DNA of 63,655 bases, filler included, from Reticulomyxa filosa (taxonomy: Eukaryota; Protista; Foraminifera): NCBI GenBank assembly GCA_000512085.1. It is 21 parts of 21 records of this genome, joined end to end, with 100 filler letters (N's around TTAATTAATTAA, not from the genome) between each part and the next. Parts side by side here need not be neighbours in the genome. Positions count along the whole stretch, not along the records: positions 33,913 to 40,912 come from ASPP01020246.1; positions 41,013 to 43,938 come from ASPP01015541.1; positions 44,039 to 45,197 come from ASPP01022167.1; positions 45,298 to 46,304 come from ASPP01046245.1; positions 46,405 to 56,305 come from ASPP01011242.1; 16 more parts are not named here. The stretch is one strand, 5' to 3'. Under the pieces are notes generated by a model. That model ran no database searches, was not told the origin of the DNA, and was given only the letters and a program-made list of their open reading frames with translations. The translations under genes and the position numbers were made by a program. Shown here piece by piece: positions 40,436 through 51,831 of the stretch; within the stretch, counting starts at the first letter, position 1, and every line of letters begins with the position of its first letter.

Positions 40436-40841
40436 TTAACTCCTGGCCTTCGGAGTCTGAGGCTCAACGTTTCTGGCGCGAGTGCTTTCAGCGCATCTAA
40501 ATGAGATGCCGGAGCAATGCTATTGCCATTTCGGCTTAATAGAAAAGTAACTAAATATTGTACAATTGAGTATGTCTTTAACCCTTTTGTTATTTTTTTG
40601 GCAACTTATTTGTTGCAGTTTATTTGGGCAGGGTGGGTATAATCGATTCAGTACTAACTCCCCATCCCACTTTGAGGCACGTGCGGTTAAAAGAAAGAGC
40701 TTCTTATCGAGTGTGGTGATAATAAGAAAGCCGTTCAGCAAGGCTTGCCGGCTGAGCAAAGGTATAGTTAACGCTATCATTTTTCAGCGAGGTTGCTATG
40801 GGGTTGGATATATTCCATTAGCAGACGTAATCGAGAGTTAA
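40436..40841 (+). ncRNA. Unidentified highly structured RNA candidate, about 400 nt
   Basis: Closed by ttaactc/gagttaa and flanked by A-rich spacers. Internal helices: ttctgg/ccggag, gcatct/agatgc, tatgtcttt/aaaggtata, taacc/ggtta, gggtggg/cccatcc, ttcttat/ataagaa, gttcagc/gctgagc, tgct-atgg/ccat-t-agca. G-U pairs favour the + strand. Confidence 0.6.
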
Positions 40842-40902
40842 AAAAAAATAAAAATAAATCAATCCTTCATCATCGATATAAACTTTTGAAAAAAAAGTTG
40901 TA

Positions 40903-40912
40903 CAGTAGGTTG
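40903..40912 (+). mobile_element. Start of another Tc1-family terminus
   Basis: TA|CAGTAGGTTG at the contig end. Confidence 0.6.
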
Positions 40913-41068
40913 NNNNNNNNNNNNNNNNNNNNNNNNNNNNNNNNNNNNNNNNNNNNTTAATTAATTAANNNNNNNNNNNNNNNNNNNNNNNNNNNNNNNN
41001 NNNNNNNNNNNNCGCAAAACGCCTTCACAACAAAAAGATTAACCCTCAAACTGACAAAAATACACACC

Positions 41069-42960
41069 ATGCCTGAGGAGAGTAACACCGTGATCGACAA
41101 AGATCACAAGGACCATGAAGAAAAAACACAAGTCCAAACTACATATCCAAAACAGAAGATTATCATTATTCCTGACAAAGTGGGGTTCACTTGTCCCTAT
41201 TGTTGGACAGAAACCAAATCTAGAAAACAGATGTCAGGCCATATGTGGAATTTCTCGGAAACTGTTAGGAAGAAGCCATGTTCTGGAAAAGATTGTACGG
41301 AGTTAAACATACAACCTAAATTACTACTAGGAGACACTTTAGATAATTTGCAAAGAGATTTTGAATCAATTGAATGGGACGAAATCAGACATTGCTTGAA
41401 AAGTGCAAAATGGGATCGATTGGAGGAGATGGAGATAAAAGTGTCGGATGCATTATTGGAACAAGCAGTGACAAGTGGAATTTGGGTGCCGTCAGATGAT
41501 GATAATATGGACAGTCAAAAAGGGGGGATATGGTAGCCACAAAAAGGAAAAGAAGAAACGATGAATCGACAGCTAAAAATGGTGGTGACATGGATATGAG
41601 AAAGATGAAGACGACCACGTTCACACCACCAAAAAAGAAAACAAGGAGAAATTCTTTTAGGAAGGAGATACCTAAAGAGGTAGACATGAAAGAGAGTGAA
41701 AATGAAACTGAAAGTTTAAGTGAAGAAATAAATGAGGAGGATGTAGATATGTTGGATCAAAAGAAAGAAGCAAAGTGTAAGCAAACAAATAACAAGTTGC
41801 TGAAAGAAAATCAAGAGTTAAAAGAGAAAATAAAGCAATTGGAAGCAAATTATAATCAATTGGTTCAAACAATGCAAACAGAAATTGATAAACTAAAAAA
41901 GGAAAAAGATGAATTGGAAAAGACAATGAAGGAGAGTATTAGTAATAATAGGAGAGATGATAATAGGGAGAGTAAAGAAGATAGTAGTAATATTAATAAT
42001 AATAACGATAACAATAATAAGGATAATATAGATAATAACAATAAGAAAGACAATAGAATGCACCAACAAAAGGAAGATAAGAGAATTGAAGATGGAATTG
42101 TAATATTTGGATATTGGTTTAATAATTACGTGAGATATTCTGATCTAATACAAATAATGCAGGAGGTGGGAGTAAATAACGAAGAAATTGGACGAATTGT
42201 ATATTGTAGATATGCAAATGGCACAAGACGTTATGCAATTTTGGAAATAAAGGATAAAAATAAAATAAAAGACATAATAATAGGGATGAAAAAAGCAATA
42301 GAAAGTAAAAAATGGAAAGGGATAAGTTGGGTTGATACATATGATAATAATAGAAAGAAAGAAAATAACAAGGAAAATCGAGGAAGTTTTTTTATACCTA
42401 GATGGAATAATAAGATAAATACGTATATAAATAATGATACGGTGCAAAATAATGGGAATGATGCGAAGATACGTAACAATTGGAGGGGAGCTAACAATGA
42501 TGGGGGACAATCAAAACCAATGTTTGAACAATATCAATTCCAAAGGAGAAATTCGATACAAAATGGATGGCATGGAGGTGAACGATATAGACAAAACATT
42601 TGGAGACCAAATAATTGGAGACAAAACATAAGACGACCAAATACATGGCAACAAAATAATTGGCAACAAAACAATTGGCAACAAAATAAGTGGAGACAAA
42701 GTAATTGGCATTTATCTGGATGGCATCAAAAGGGATGGTATGATTGGAGAAGTGAAAATCCAAATAGAGGATACAACCAGAGCAAATACTATAACACAAC
42801 AAATGAGATGGGAAAGAGTGTAGGTGATGGTAGTAAGAATGATAGTGATAAAAATATAAACATACCAAAGAATAATATCAATAGTAGTGAACAATCCAAT
42901 CAATCGCAGATAAATACTAACGAAGATGCCCAGATGAGTGAGAAACAGCATCAAAATTGA
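41069..42960 (+). CDS. LINE ORF1-like protein (Zn-finger-like N-terminus, coiled coil, RRM-like segment, W-pentapeptide repeats)
   Basis: 41069-41536 contains CPYC..H..C..C and joins 41530-42960 if one G is added to the G6 run at 41522-41527. The join reads QKGGDMV, echoed downstream by KNGGDMD. Confidence 0.65.
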
Positions 42961-43938
42961 CGATGTGTGGACAGAGTTCACCCATTGTCAGTTGTAAATA
43001 AAAAGAATCTATTTAATATATACAAACATGAAACACAGAATCAGTTTATACAACCGCTGTATATCTGTGAATCAGATGGGGGGGATAGCATGGGAATTTG
43101 TGAAGAATGGGAGAATAAGGATAAGATAGGGAGAATAAAATGTAGTATTATTTTTTTAAATGTGCATGGAAGATGGGATGATTTAAAAAATGTAAACTCA
43201 GCTTTATATCAATTCGTAAATAAAGAGATGGGGGATTTCATGGGATTTTGTGAGACTTTCAAAGATAAAATAGATAATAATATTAAAATAAAAGACGCAG
43301 TAATATCATATAGACCGGCATATAAGAAAGAAGAAAATAGAAAAAATTGGAGGGGAAGAAAGAGCAATGGAATGACTTCAATAGTAAATAACAAATGGAT
43401 ATCTCAAATAATTCAACATCAATTTGCAAATAATAACATGATGACAATAATAATAAAGGAGCATAAAATATTAATAATATTTATATATATACCACCAATA
43501 GATACAATTAATATTGATATTATAGATAAAACATTTCATGAATTAGGAAAACTCATTGGCCTATATAATATATTAGATTATTTAATAATAGTGATAGGAG
43601 ATATGAATGCAAGAATGGAAAAAGTGGGGGATAACATAACAAACTATAATGGAAAAATATTATGGCAATTAACACAAACATATAATATGAGAATATTAAA
43701 TATAGATGATGCATATGGAAAGAGTACATACTATACATACAGCACAAATATAGAGACAAGTTCGATAATTGATTATATAATAATAAATAATAATATAAGA
43801 TGGAACAAAATGAAACCAAAAATGGAGGTAATACCAATATTTACTGGCTCGGACCATTTACCTATTAGAATATGGTTTGATATAGAAAAAGATAATATAG
43901 TAGAAGAGAGTATAGATATAAATATAGAAAAAGATAGA
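42961..43938 (+). CDS. LINE ORF2 apurinic endonuclease (EEP) domain, partial
   Basis: FLNVHG, GFCETF, SNGM, IYIPP, IGDMNAR, NYNGK, SIIDYI and GSDHLPI, the APE catalytic motifs in order. First ATG at 43090. Confidence 0.9.
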
Positions 43939-44038
43939 NNNNNNNNNNNNNNNNNNNNNNNNNNNNNNNNNNNNNNNNNNNNTTAATTAATTAANNNNNN
44001 NNNNNNNNNNNNNNNNNNNNNNNNNNNNNNNNNNNNNN

Positions 44039-44190
44039 GTCAATGGTATTGAATTTTCACCATTTAATGGTGGTAAATATTTGTGTTCTGGATCATATGA
44101 CAAAACAATTCGTTTATGGGATGTTGAAACATCAAAATTATTACATGTTTTCAATAGACATGAATATGCTGTTTTGTGTGTTGATCAAAA
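44039..44190 (+). pseudogene. WD40-repeat fragment
   Basis: VNGIEFSPFNGGKYLCSGSYDKTIRLWDVETSKLLHVFNRH, then a stop. Confidence 0.8.
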
Positions 44191-45297
44191 CGAATAAAGG
44201 ACTCTCTACAATTTCTTGCTCATTTGTGAGTAATTTCTTTTTTGATAAATTAAAAGTTTGCTTTATTATTTAATTAATTTTAATTTATGCAATAATTTTT
44301 ATTCGATAAAGCCATATAAATCTAAATTTTTATGACAAAAAGTCATACTAGTAAAAAGGCCATAATGAATACAATACAAATAAATATTCTTGTAACAATA
44401 ATCAAGAATAAATAAATTATCACTAAAAATGTGTCAACAATTTTTAATTTCATTAATTACCTGTTTGTGATAATATTAGACTATTCTTTGAATATACATA
44501 TGTATGACATTTGAAAACACTTTACCCAGTCTATTGAGAGGTTGAATAAAGAAGACAATGATATACACATGATTGGAGGAAAATGAAAATAATATCAACT
44601 CATATGAAGACTAAAGTGCGTGTATGTGATCATTTACAGTTGGTAATCATTTGTTTATTTATTTATTTATCTTGCTCAAACACAAATAAACTATATTGTA
44701 TAAAAATAATAAATAATAAAATTAGGATGGATCGGATTTTGATAATTATTTTCAAATACAGTAAGTTAAATATATATAATTCATGCTTGCTCAATGAAGA
44801 ATAATGACTTGGATCTCTTCTTCTGGCTATTTCAATTACAGGTTACAACGATAAGTAAAATAAAGAGTAAAAACTTAAAGACAAGCTGGACTCAACTTTG
44901 ATTGATAAGTTTAAGTTCATTTTTGTAGCTTTTTTTTTCTCTTGAGATAATCTTTGACGATGCCAAATGAAAAAATGCTTGAACTTTTGTTGATAAAAGG
45001 AAAGACATTTTGAAAAGAAAAATAACTGCTACATTTTGTAAAATATTTATGTATCACAATAATTAGCAACAACAATTCTACATGCAAAGGTCTTCATATA
45101 ACTTTACTTATTGAAAACAGCTTTTAGATATTACACATTTGTCTTCCTTGTGACCGAAGTAATTAATTGAATTTATTGGATATTCCAAATATTTGAGNNN
45201 NNNNNNNNNNNNNNNNNNNNNNNNNNNNNNNNNNNNNNNNNTTAATTAATTAANNNNNNNNNNNNNNNNNNNNNNNNNNNNNNNNNNNNNNNNNNNN

Positions 45298-45905
45298 CTG
45301 ATGATATTCAAGTTGCACAAATGTATAGAAGTGATCAAGGATGTATTTTACATTTTCATCCTTCTATGAGAAGATCAAATATGATTAAAAGTTGTGATGT
45401 ATCATGGATATCTCCATTCAAACATGAACGTGAAATTTTGTTTGCAAGGTCAACCACATTTTTCTTTTTTGATGAGAAAACACATAAAGAACAACATGCA
45501 TGGAATGCAAAAGTAGAGAGTGAAGATGAATATACACAAATGATACTATTGACATGGGTAAAATATGATCAATATATCCAACAAATTATGCAAATAAGTG
45601 CAATGTGGAATCATTCCATTGACTTCAATCTTATATACGCAATTTTAAATGAAACCCAAGGAAAAATTGATCAAAATATTGAATTTTTATCTATGTTTGA
45701 AACATGGAAGCTGCAGTCAAACAATACTGAAAAATATAAAAACAAAAAAAAAAAATTCATTGAAAGACGTTGCTGCAATCATCAAATTAATTTTTTTTGT
45801 ATTTTTGTTTCAGAGAAAAAATTTTCAAGCCGTACTCCAATTGAAAATGCAAAAGTATTTACTATCAACAATGGCTTGCCATTTGTTGAAAAAGACAAAA
45901 GATAA
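45298..45905 (+). CDS. ADP-ribosyltransferase-like (ARTC-type) family protein, 3' part
   Basis: DDIQVAQMY...CILHF...DVSWISPFKHEREILF resembles the post-STS region and the ExE catalytic loop of R-S-E mono-ARTs. The R and STS motifs would lie beyond the contig start. Confidence 0.55.
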
Positions 45906-46265
45906 ATAGACAACAATAAATAAAATTTGTAAATTATTTTCTAAACGTGTTTTTGTTTAAATACTTTCAAAAAAATATAAATTTCATAAAAAAGTTATTA
46001 CCTAATTACATACTTACAAACAAAGTAATTATCAATCAATTTGGTCAAACAATAAAAAACAAATTAAAATTCACAAAAAAAAATAAAAGTTAAAGCTTGT
46101 GACTTAAAATTTGGTTTTTCGTTGGCTGCTCTTTTATTAGCTCGTTGCCATTGTATACATAAATTTCAAATTTTGCTTTTTGTAAAAAGTAATTACTTTT
46201 TTGTCAAATTTGCAAATGATTTGAATAAATTCTTTTATTGTGAAATTTTTATTCAAAACTAAATT

Positions 46266-46304
46266 TTAGGGCTTAGGGCTTAGGGCTTAGGGCTTAGGGC
46301 TTAG
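46266..46304 (+). repeat. Telomere-like array (TTAGGGC)n
   Basis: Five full perfect 7-mers plus TTAG, with the G-rich strand running 5'->3' into the contig end. Confidence 0.8.
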
Positions 46305-46534
46305 NNNNNNNNNNNNNNNNNNNNNNNNNNNNNNNNNNNNNNNNNNNNTTAATTAATTAANNNNNNNNNNNNNNNNNNNNNNNNNNNNNNNNNNNNNNNN
46401 NNNNTATTATACATTTTTTTACACATTTTAATTTTGTTATCAATACTTGGGTCCTTTTATGACCCCTTAATCCTTTGTTCATCCCCCATTACAGTATTCC
46501 AAGGCTAAACATCACACAACCTAACCAAGTGGCG

Positions 46535-46667
46535 TTTTAAAAAAAAAAGGCAATGAAGACAAAATCAAAAAGGAAAGAATGAATTGGGCGGCGTCACTAT
46601 GTTCCTGGGGCGCCGCCTTATTCTTTCTTTTCTTTTTTGATTTTCCCTTCATTGGCTTTTTTTAAAA
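46535..46667. repeat. Imperfect inverted repeat of about 130 bp with GC-rich core
   Basis: caatgaag/cttcattg, aaaatcaaaaa/tttttgatttt and gggcggcgtc/ggcgccgcct around a short loop. Confidence 0.85.
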
Positions 46668-48649
46668 TTTTTTAGTGTACATACCTCTTTTGAAAAAACT
46701 TTTTTTAAAAAGGAAATATAATTTTATTATTATTATTTAGTACTTTTTTTAAATATAAACAATGCGAAGAAAAAATCTTTTTGGAAATAGTGGGAAATGA
46801 AAGAAAAAAAAAAAGTTTTTGTTATCACCGATTTTATTTTCGTAATAAAAGAAGGAAAGTAAATATAAATTATGCAACAAAATAGATTAAGTATTTTCCT
46901 TTTTTTGTTTAAGCATTTTTTTTTAGTTATCCCCCAAAAAGGTCATGTTTTTTTGTTGTGCTGTTAAACATTACCCTTTTTCCAATGTAGCCTTTTATTA
47001 ATAGACTTAAAAAAAAATTAAAGTATTTTTTTTTACACTTCCAACCAAAAGCAGATTGCAAAAAAACAATTTTGTTTCCTGGCTCGCTTTTGAACATTTA
47101 ATTGGAGCTATAATTGAGAATAAGCATTAATTTGCAACTTGAATTATTTTTTAACTATCATTGAAATATATAAAGTTTCTTGAATGTATTCAATCTCATG
47201 CTATTCCATACAAATCCAAAATGCTTTTCTTGCTTGTTCAAAACATTTTTAAAAGAATAAATCAAAAAGTTACTCTATTCATCTACAAACAAGTATTTCC
47301 TTTTTCTGCTTATCGGGGAAGCTCCTACTATAGTGAAGGGAACATGAAAGAGATGATGAGCCCCCCGGCGGGTTAAACTTTCTCTACCACTATTCACACT
47401 TAAGTCTTGTTTTGTTTTATTCTACTTGGCCATTATCCTTGCCAATTGTTTTTTTAAATTTAATTTGTTTTGTCTAAAGAGCTTACAAATCTTTCGTATT
47501 ATATTTAGTGCAGTCTTCAGCAGTAAGCTCTCACATGCTTGTGTTCCGATCATAAGTTTACTTTCTTTGATATATTTTCAGTATAATCTAAGGGACTGTC
47601 CTATTTTTAATACAACTGAAACATTAGAATATTTAAATAATTATGATTTCTCAAATTGTTTGGTCAATTGTACAAATAATAAATATTATCTTATTCAATT
47701 TACAAAAATGAATACCAGCAAATTAGCAATTTACAATTGCAAATATTATCAATGTTATTGTATCTTATGTCAATATTTTTAATAAAAAAAAAACGACTGA
47801 AGATTTTCTGGTTAATACTATCTTCTCCAAAATTTGAAATATTTTTATCAATAAATTAGTAATTCAAAACTAGTATGTTCTGGACAAATGATAACAATTC
47901 AATTTTGCATTTTAAGAGTTAGAGTGTTGTTTTATTTTTTATAGTGATACTTGCCTTTTTATGAGATAGAATCTACAATTCAATTGATGTACACAATTCG
48001 ATCAATACTTTTGTATTACTTTGAAAAGACAATGAGAAATCTTTATTAAATTATAACATGGAACTCAAGATAAATAAAACTCTTTTTAAAGACATAAATA
48101 TAAAGTATTCAAGATATATTTATCGTCTGTTGTCCAATATTTTTCAATACTAGCGAGATGAAAGAAAGGATTCTAAATTTTGATTTTATTCTAACAATAT
48201 TTAATAATTTTTTTTCTTTTGAGTTAAAAAAACAGGAAACAAATTAGTTCAGAGTTTTTTAAAATTCCAATCAACTTTTTTCCAAATGCTTTTTTACTTT
48301 ATTTAGGAAAGCGTTCAAACATAACATTGTTTTGTAATTGTATCTAATTATGTGTTTGCTTTTTGTAAACAAGAATACAAAAAAAAAAAGGGGTCAGAAA
48401 TTTAATGTCTATGTGTTATTCCTTAATGTTCCAAAAATGGTTTGCAATTGTTTTCTCTTCAAATTTCAAAGCAATCTAAAAAAGAGATTTTGAAAGGATA
48501 GCGAACTGTTGTAAAGAAGTACATTTTGACAAGTAATTACTTTGAACAAAAAATAAGATATTTGAAAGAACACAATTTACAGCTTTTTTTTTTGGCTAAT
48601 CGCAAATGGAGATGAAGCACACTCCAGACTGCGTTTTCTCATTCGTGTC

Positions 48650-49828
48650 TACCATGCTTCCCGAGCCGTTCTCTCTCCAACTCGGCGTGTCCGTTGGTGG
48701 CTGCAATTGCTTGCACGCGCTTGTTCAACGTGTCTCGGCTTGTGTTCACGTTCACATCGAACTAAACGCTTATCACTATCATTGCCCGTGATCATGTTGT
48801 TGATTACAGCAACATTTCGGCAAATAACAATCAAAAAAATCTTTTTAATGAAAAAATGACTGTCTTGGCAGCAAGATTTTTTTTTTTGACAAAATTCCAG
48901 CAACACCTCATAATTTTTGCAATCTGATCTTTGTCAATGCTGTCAACACTGTGAAAAGCATTGTGTTTTCCTTTCATTTGTTGCCAAATCGTCTGTCTTT
49001 GCACGCGCGTATAATTGTGATCACGAAGCTGCTCTACAATCTCTGTCAATATTTGCAAGCCCATTTTCCGTTGTGAGGATACTTTGGGTTGCAACAGATA
49101 TCCAAGTTCGTCCATCGAGTAACGTGCCATCATGTGTTGCCAAGTCTTCATCATTGTCAGTATGAGTGTGATGACTATGACTCTGGCTATTGCTATGGCT
49201 ATGCCATCCAAAGACATAGCAGCTGTCGACAATCGATACATGTCCATTAGCAATTGAAGCGTAGTAACATCATGTTATGCTTTTCCTCATTCTTTTTCTT
49301 TTTCTCTTTTTTTGTGCCCGTTTTGGTGTTGGTTCTTCTCATCGCTATGCATGTTTGCAATGTGTTTTTCCATTGTCTTTTCTTTCATTCGTTGTGAAAA
49401 TAATAACACTCGTTTTTGTGATATCTTTGTATTGTCACGATCATCCATGTTGATAGTGCTGTTGGTTGAAATACGATACTTGAATTCGGATGGTTTATGA
49501 ACGATGACAGAGGAGAACCGATATCGCATTTCAAGTGCTGTCTTCTTCGATGCTTCTGTCACTCTCACTGTCTTCTCTTGTATATCTCCGACCAGAGACT
49601 CATACACTGCTCTATCGTCTCGGGGTGGTAGATTTTGTCCTCACTCTCTCTTGCTTTTGTGTCATTTGAGGCACCGCTGCGGGTGTGTCCTTCTGTCTTT
49701 TTTTGTGCAAAATCACTCTCCTGCTCGGCCAGCAGCTCTGCATTTGTTTTTAATTGAGAACCTTTCTTTTTAGCTGTGGTGCTTATTTGTACTTGTCTTC
49801 TTTCTACTTTTTTTTCAGTCATATTCAA
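48650..49828 (-). pseudogene. RPAP1: RNA polymerase II-associated protein 1 homolog, disrupted
   Basis: VGDIQEK, LLRFNC* and YSMDELGYLLQPKVSSQRKMGLQILTEIV (RPAP1_C pattern GYTxxELxxLxRSxVxxQRxxALxxL) are split across three frames. Confidence 0.6.
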
Positions 49829-49897
49829 GCGTAAGATTCACAAAAGTGAACCCCCTTTTTCAAAGCAAAAAAAAAAAAAAATTGATCATGTGTTATA

Positions 49898-50704
49898 TTA
49901 GCTTAGTTTATTTTTAAGTTGCAATTTCAGACTGCAAGAAAGTCTTTTAGAATTATTCCAAATGAAAAAAAAACCGCAGAACAATTTTAAATTCAGAAAA
50001 GTCGATAGTGCAAGAGATAATTGAGTCAGTGAATTAATGAAGAAGTGCAAAGTAATGTTTTGCCACGTATCATTTGAAAGGGAGAAATCTACCAATGACA
50101 AACCGACAAATAGTAAGCAAAACAAAGGCGCTGATGGTTGAGAACCATCTAGTGATAGGGCCAACTCTACTCCACGCAAGTGCCATACTAAAAATAAATG
50201 CATAAATGACCTACTCATCTTTACCATAATACCAATTGATGGTTGTTGTTGCTTGACTTCATCAGTTGTTTTTATATGTTCAATTGTAGTTTCACTTTTC
50301 TTTTTTTTTTTTGAAAAGCTCCTTTTTGAATTTTAAAATGGATGCAAAATATTTACCTAATGGCTTAGCTTCTGATAGCAGCTTCTTTATTTCATGTTTA
50401 ATTTTGGCATACTTACTGAACGTATGCGGTGTGTTGAGTATATGGGCTGTGCTTTTTAAATCTTCTATCTCTTTTTGCAAGGAGTTGAGTCGCTTTTGTT
50501 CAGGTGTTTCTGCTTTACTTTTTTTTTTTGGAAGAAAAGATTGTTTACTTTGTCACTTTACTACATACAAAGACATTTTCAGCAAACTTTTAGAGAAGTA
50601 AAACATTTCAACACGGCATTTTCTATCAAACCTTTACAAGTATCAATAAACGACAGTAAAAAGATTATCATCAACCACACTGAAAAGATTGATTTAGATG
50701 ACAT
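49898..50704 (-). pseudogene. GET1: GET1/WRB-like tail-anchored protein insertase, probably disrupted
   Basis: An N-terminal hydrophobic helix, then LQKEIEDLKSTAHILNTPHTFSKYAKIKHEIKKL (Get1 coiled-coil pattern FAKYAKLxRxIxK), then hydrophobic segments. The obvious splice sites do not keep the frame. Confidence 0.5.
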
Positions 50705-50946
50705 GATCAAAAATTTTTTTTAGTTTTCCCCGTGCTACACTTAAAGCTGGAGACATAACAATACTTTCTAAACTTGGTAAGTGCAAAACTGTTTCAATAA
50801 GCTAACTTTATAAAGTATTTAAGATTGCCAACGTGCCCGAAAATAATAAACGGAGACTTCAACTTGTTTAAAGAAAAACGCTAGCCAAGAATTTAAATCT
50901 TTTCTCATTGTAATTGACATATCTATAACACAGATCTCTGAAAGAA

Positions 50947-51730
50947 ATGTTACAATCAGGACAGTCTTATGGATCTGAACCATTCAATCCATGAAAACTT
51001 GTGCTTCGACTAATTGCGTTGCAATCATTATTTTATCTGTTCGCTTATCTATTTTTAATGATCCTGTCAATGGTTGAGGGAATTAACTTTTCCCCGTCAA
51101 TGCTCTTTGACGCGACAAAAGTAGATTTCAGCTTCGGTCTTGGTTACATTGGAATAATGGTCTTTACCATAGCGGTAATTCCTAGGTGAGTATGTAGGTG
51201 TGTTGAGAGTGTGCAACAAATCTTTTTGGGAGAGAACACACCCAAATTTTTTCATCTTTGCAAAAAAAAAAAGAACATGAAGTAATGGTTTTGCAATTGC
51301 AAATAGTTCATTTTGCATATGTTTAATAAAGAGCAAAGAAATGTTTGGACTATGCGTCGACGATATATTTATTGCATTTGATATTGTGTTGGATAGTGTA
51401 TCACTTTCCAAGCAATTGGGATTGGTGGATTGTCAATGTTTGTTCATTTTTGATATCCGCCGTGTAATCCGAATATTTGTGTATTCGTCAAAAAATGAAA
51501 CCCATTGTGGTTGACAGTGGAAGTAAACACAAAGGTTCAGGAGATGGATCCAAATCAAGAAAGATGCGTCTGTCGGATGACTCAAAGGGCATGGATCGCG
51601 ACTCGTCTCATCATCATCTTCATGACATTGACATTGACGACATGACTTCTAATCACGAAAAACAACCTTTTCTTACAAAAAAAGGGGACATTGTTCACGT
51701 CGACTCACCTCACATTTTGAAGTCAAAATT
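50947..51730 (+). pseudogene. SYS1: Golgi membrane protein SYS1, disrupted
   Basis: YGSEPFNP*KLVLRLIALQSLFYL...RAKKCLDYAST / LHLILCW..FPSNWDWW..AV*SEYLCIRQKMKPI. In-frame TGA (50992), TAA and frameshifts. Confidence 0.85.
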
Positions 51731-51831
51731 AAGACTTAGATTATATACTATTTTTTTTTTTTTGCAAACTTCTTTCTCTTTTTTTTTTGCAGCGAAGAGA
51801 AGGAAAACTGTCACCCAAGTTATAGTGTTTT

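Larger units (their letters stand above)
41013..43938 (+). mobile_element. APE-type non-LTR retrotransposon (LINE), 5' part
   Basis: ORF1-like region followed by an endonuclease ORF, intronless and strongly A-rich on the sense strand. The RT domain lies beyond the contig end and is not seen. Confidence 0.85.

Noticed and set aside
40577-40588. ctttaacccttt as a telomerase template in the structured RNA candidate
   Set aside because: It would encode TTAAAGGG, which does not match the telomere-like repeat seen at 46266, and it appears to be base-paired.
40436-40841. piggyBac-type element (TTAA at both ends)
   Set aside because: The inverted match inside the TTAA is only 3 bp, so there is no real TIR.
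40240-43938. Structured RNA next to the LINE, as a retroelement-ncRNA system
   Set aside because: They are on different contigs, separated by the linker at 40913-41012.
50992-50994. In-frame TGA at a Trp-like position in SYS1, suggesting UGA=Trp
   Set aside because: The same gene has a TAA and frameshifts, and long intact ORFs in the window use TGG with no internal TGA. A pseudogene is the simpler explanation.
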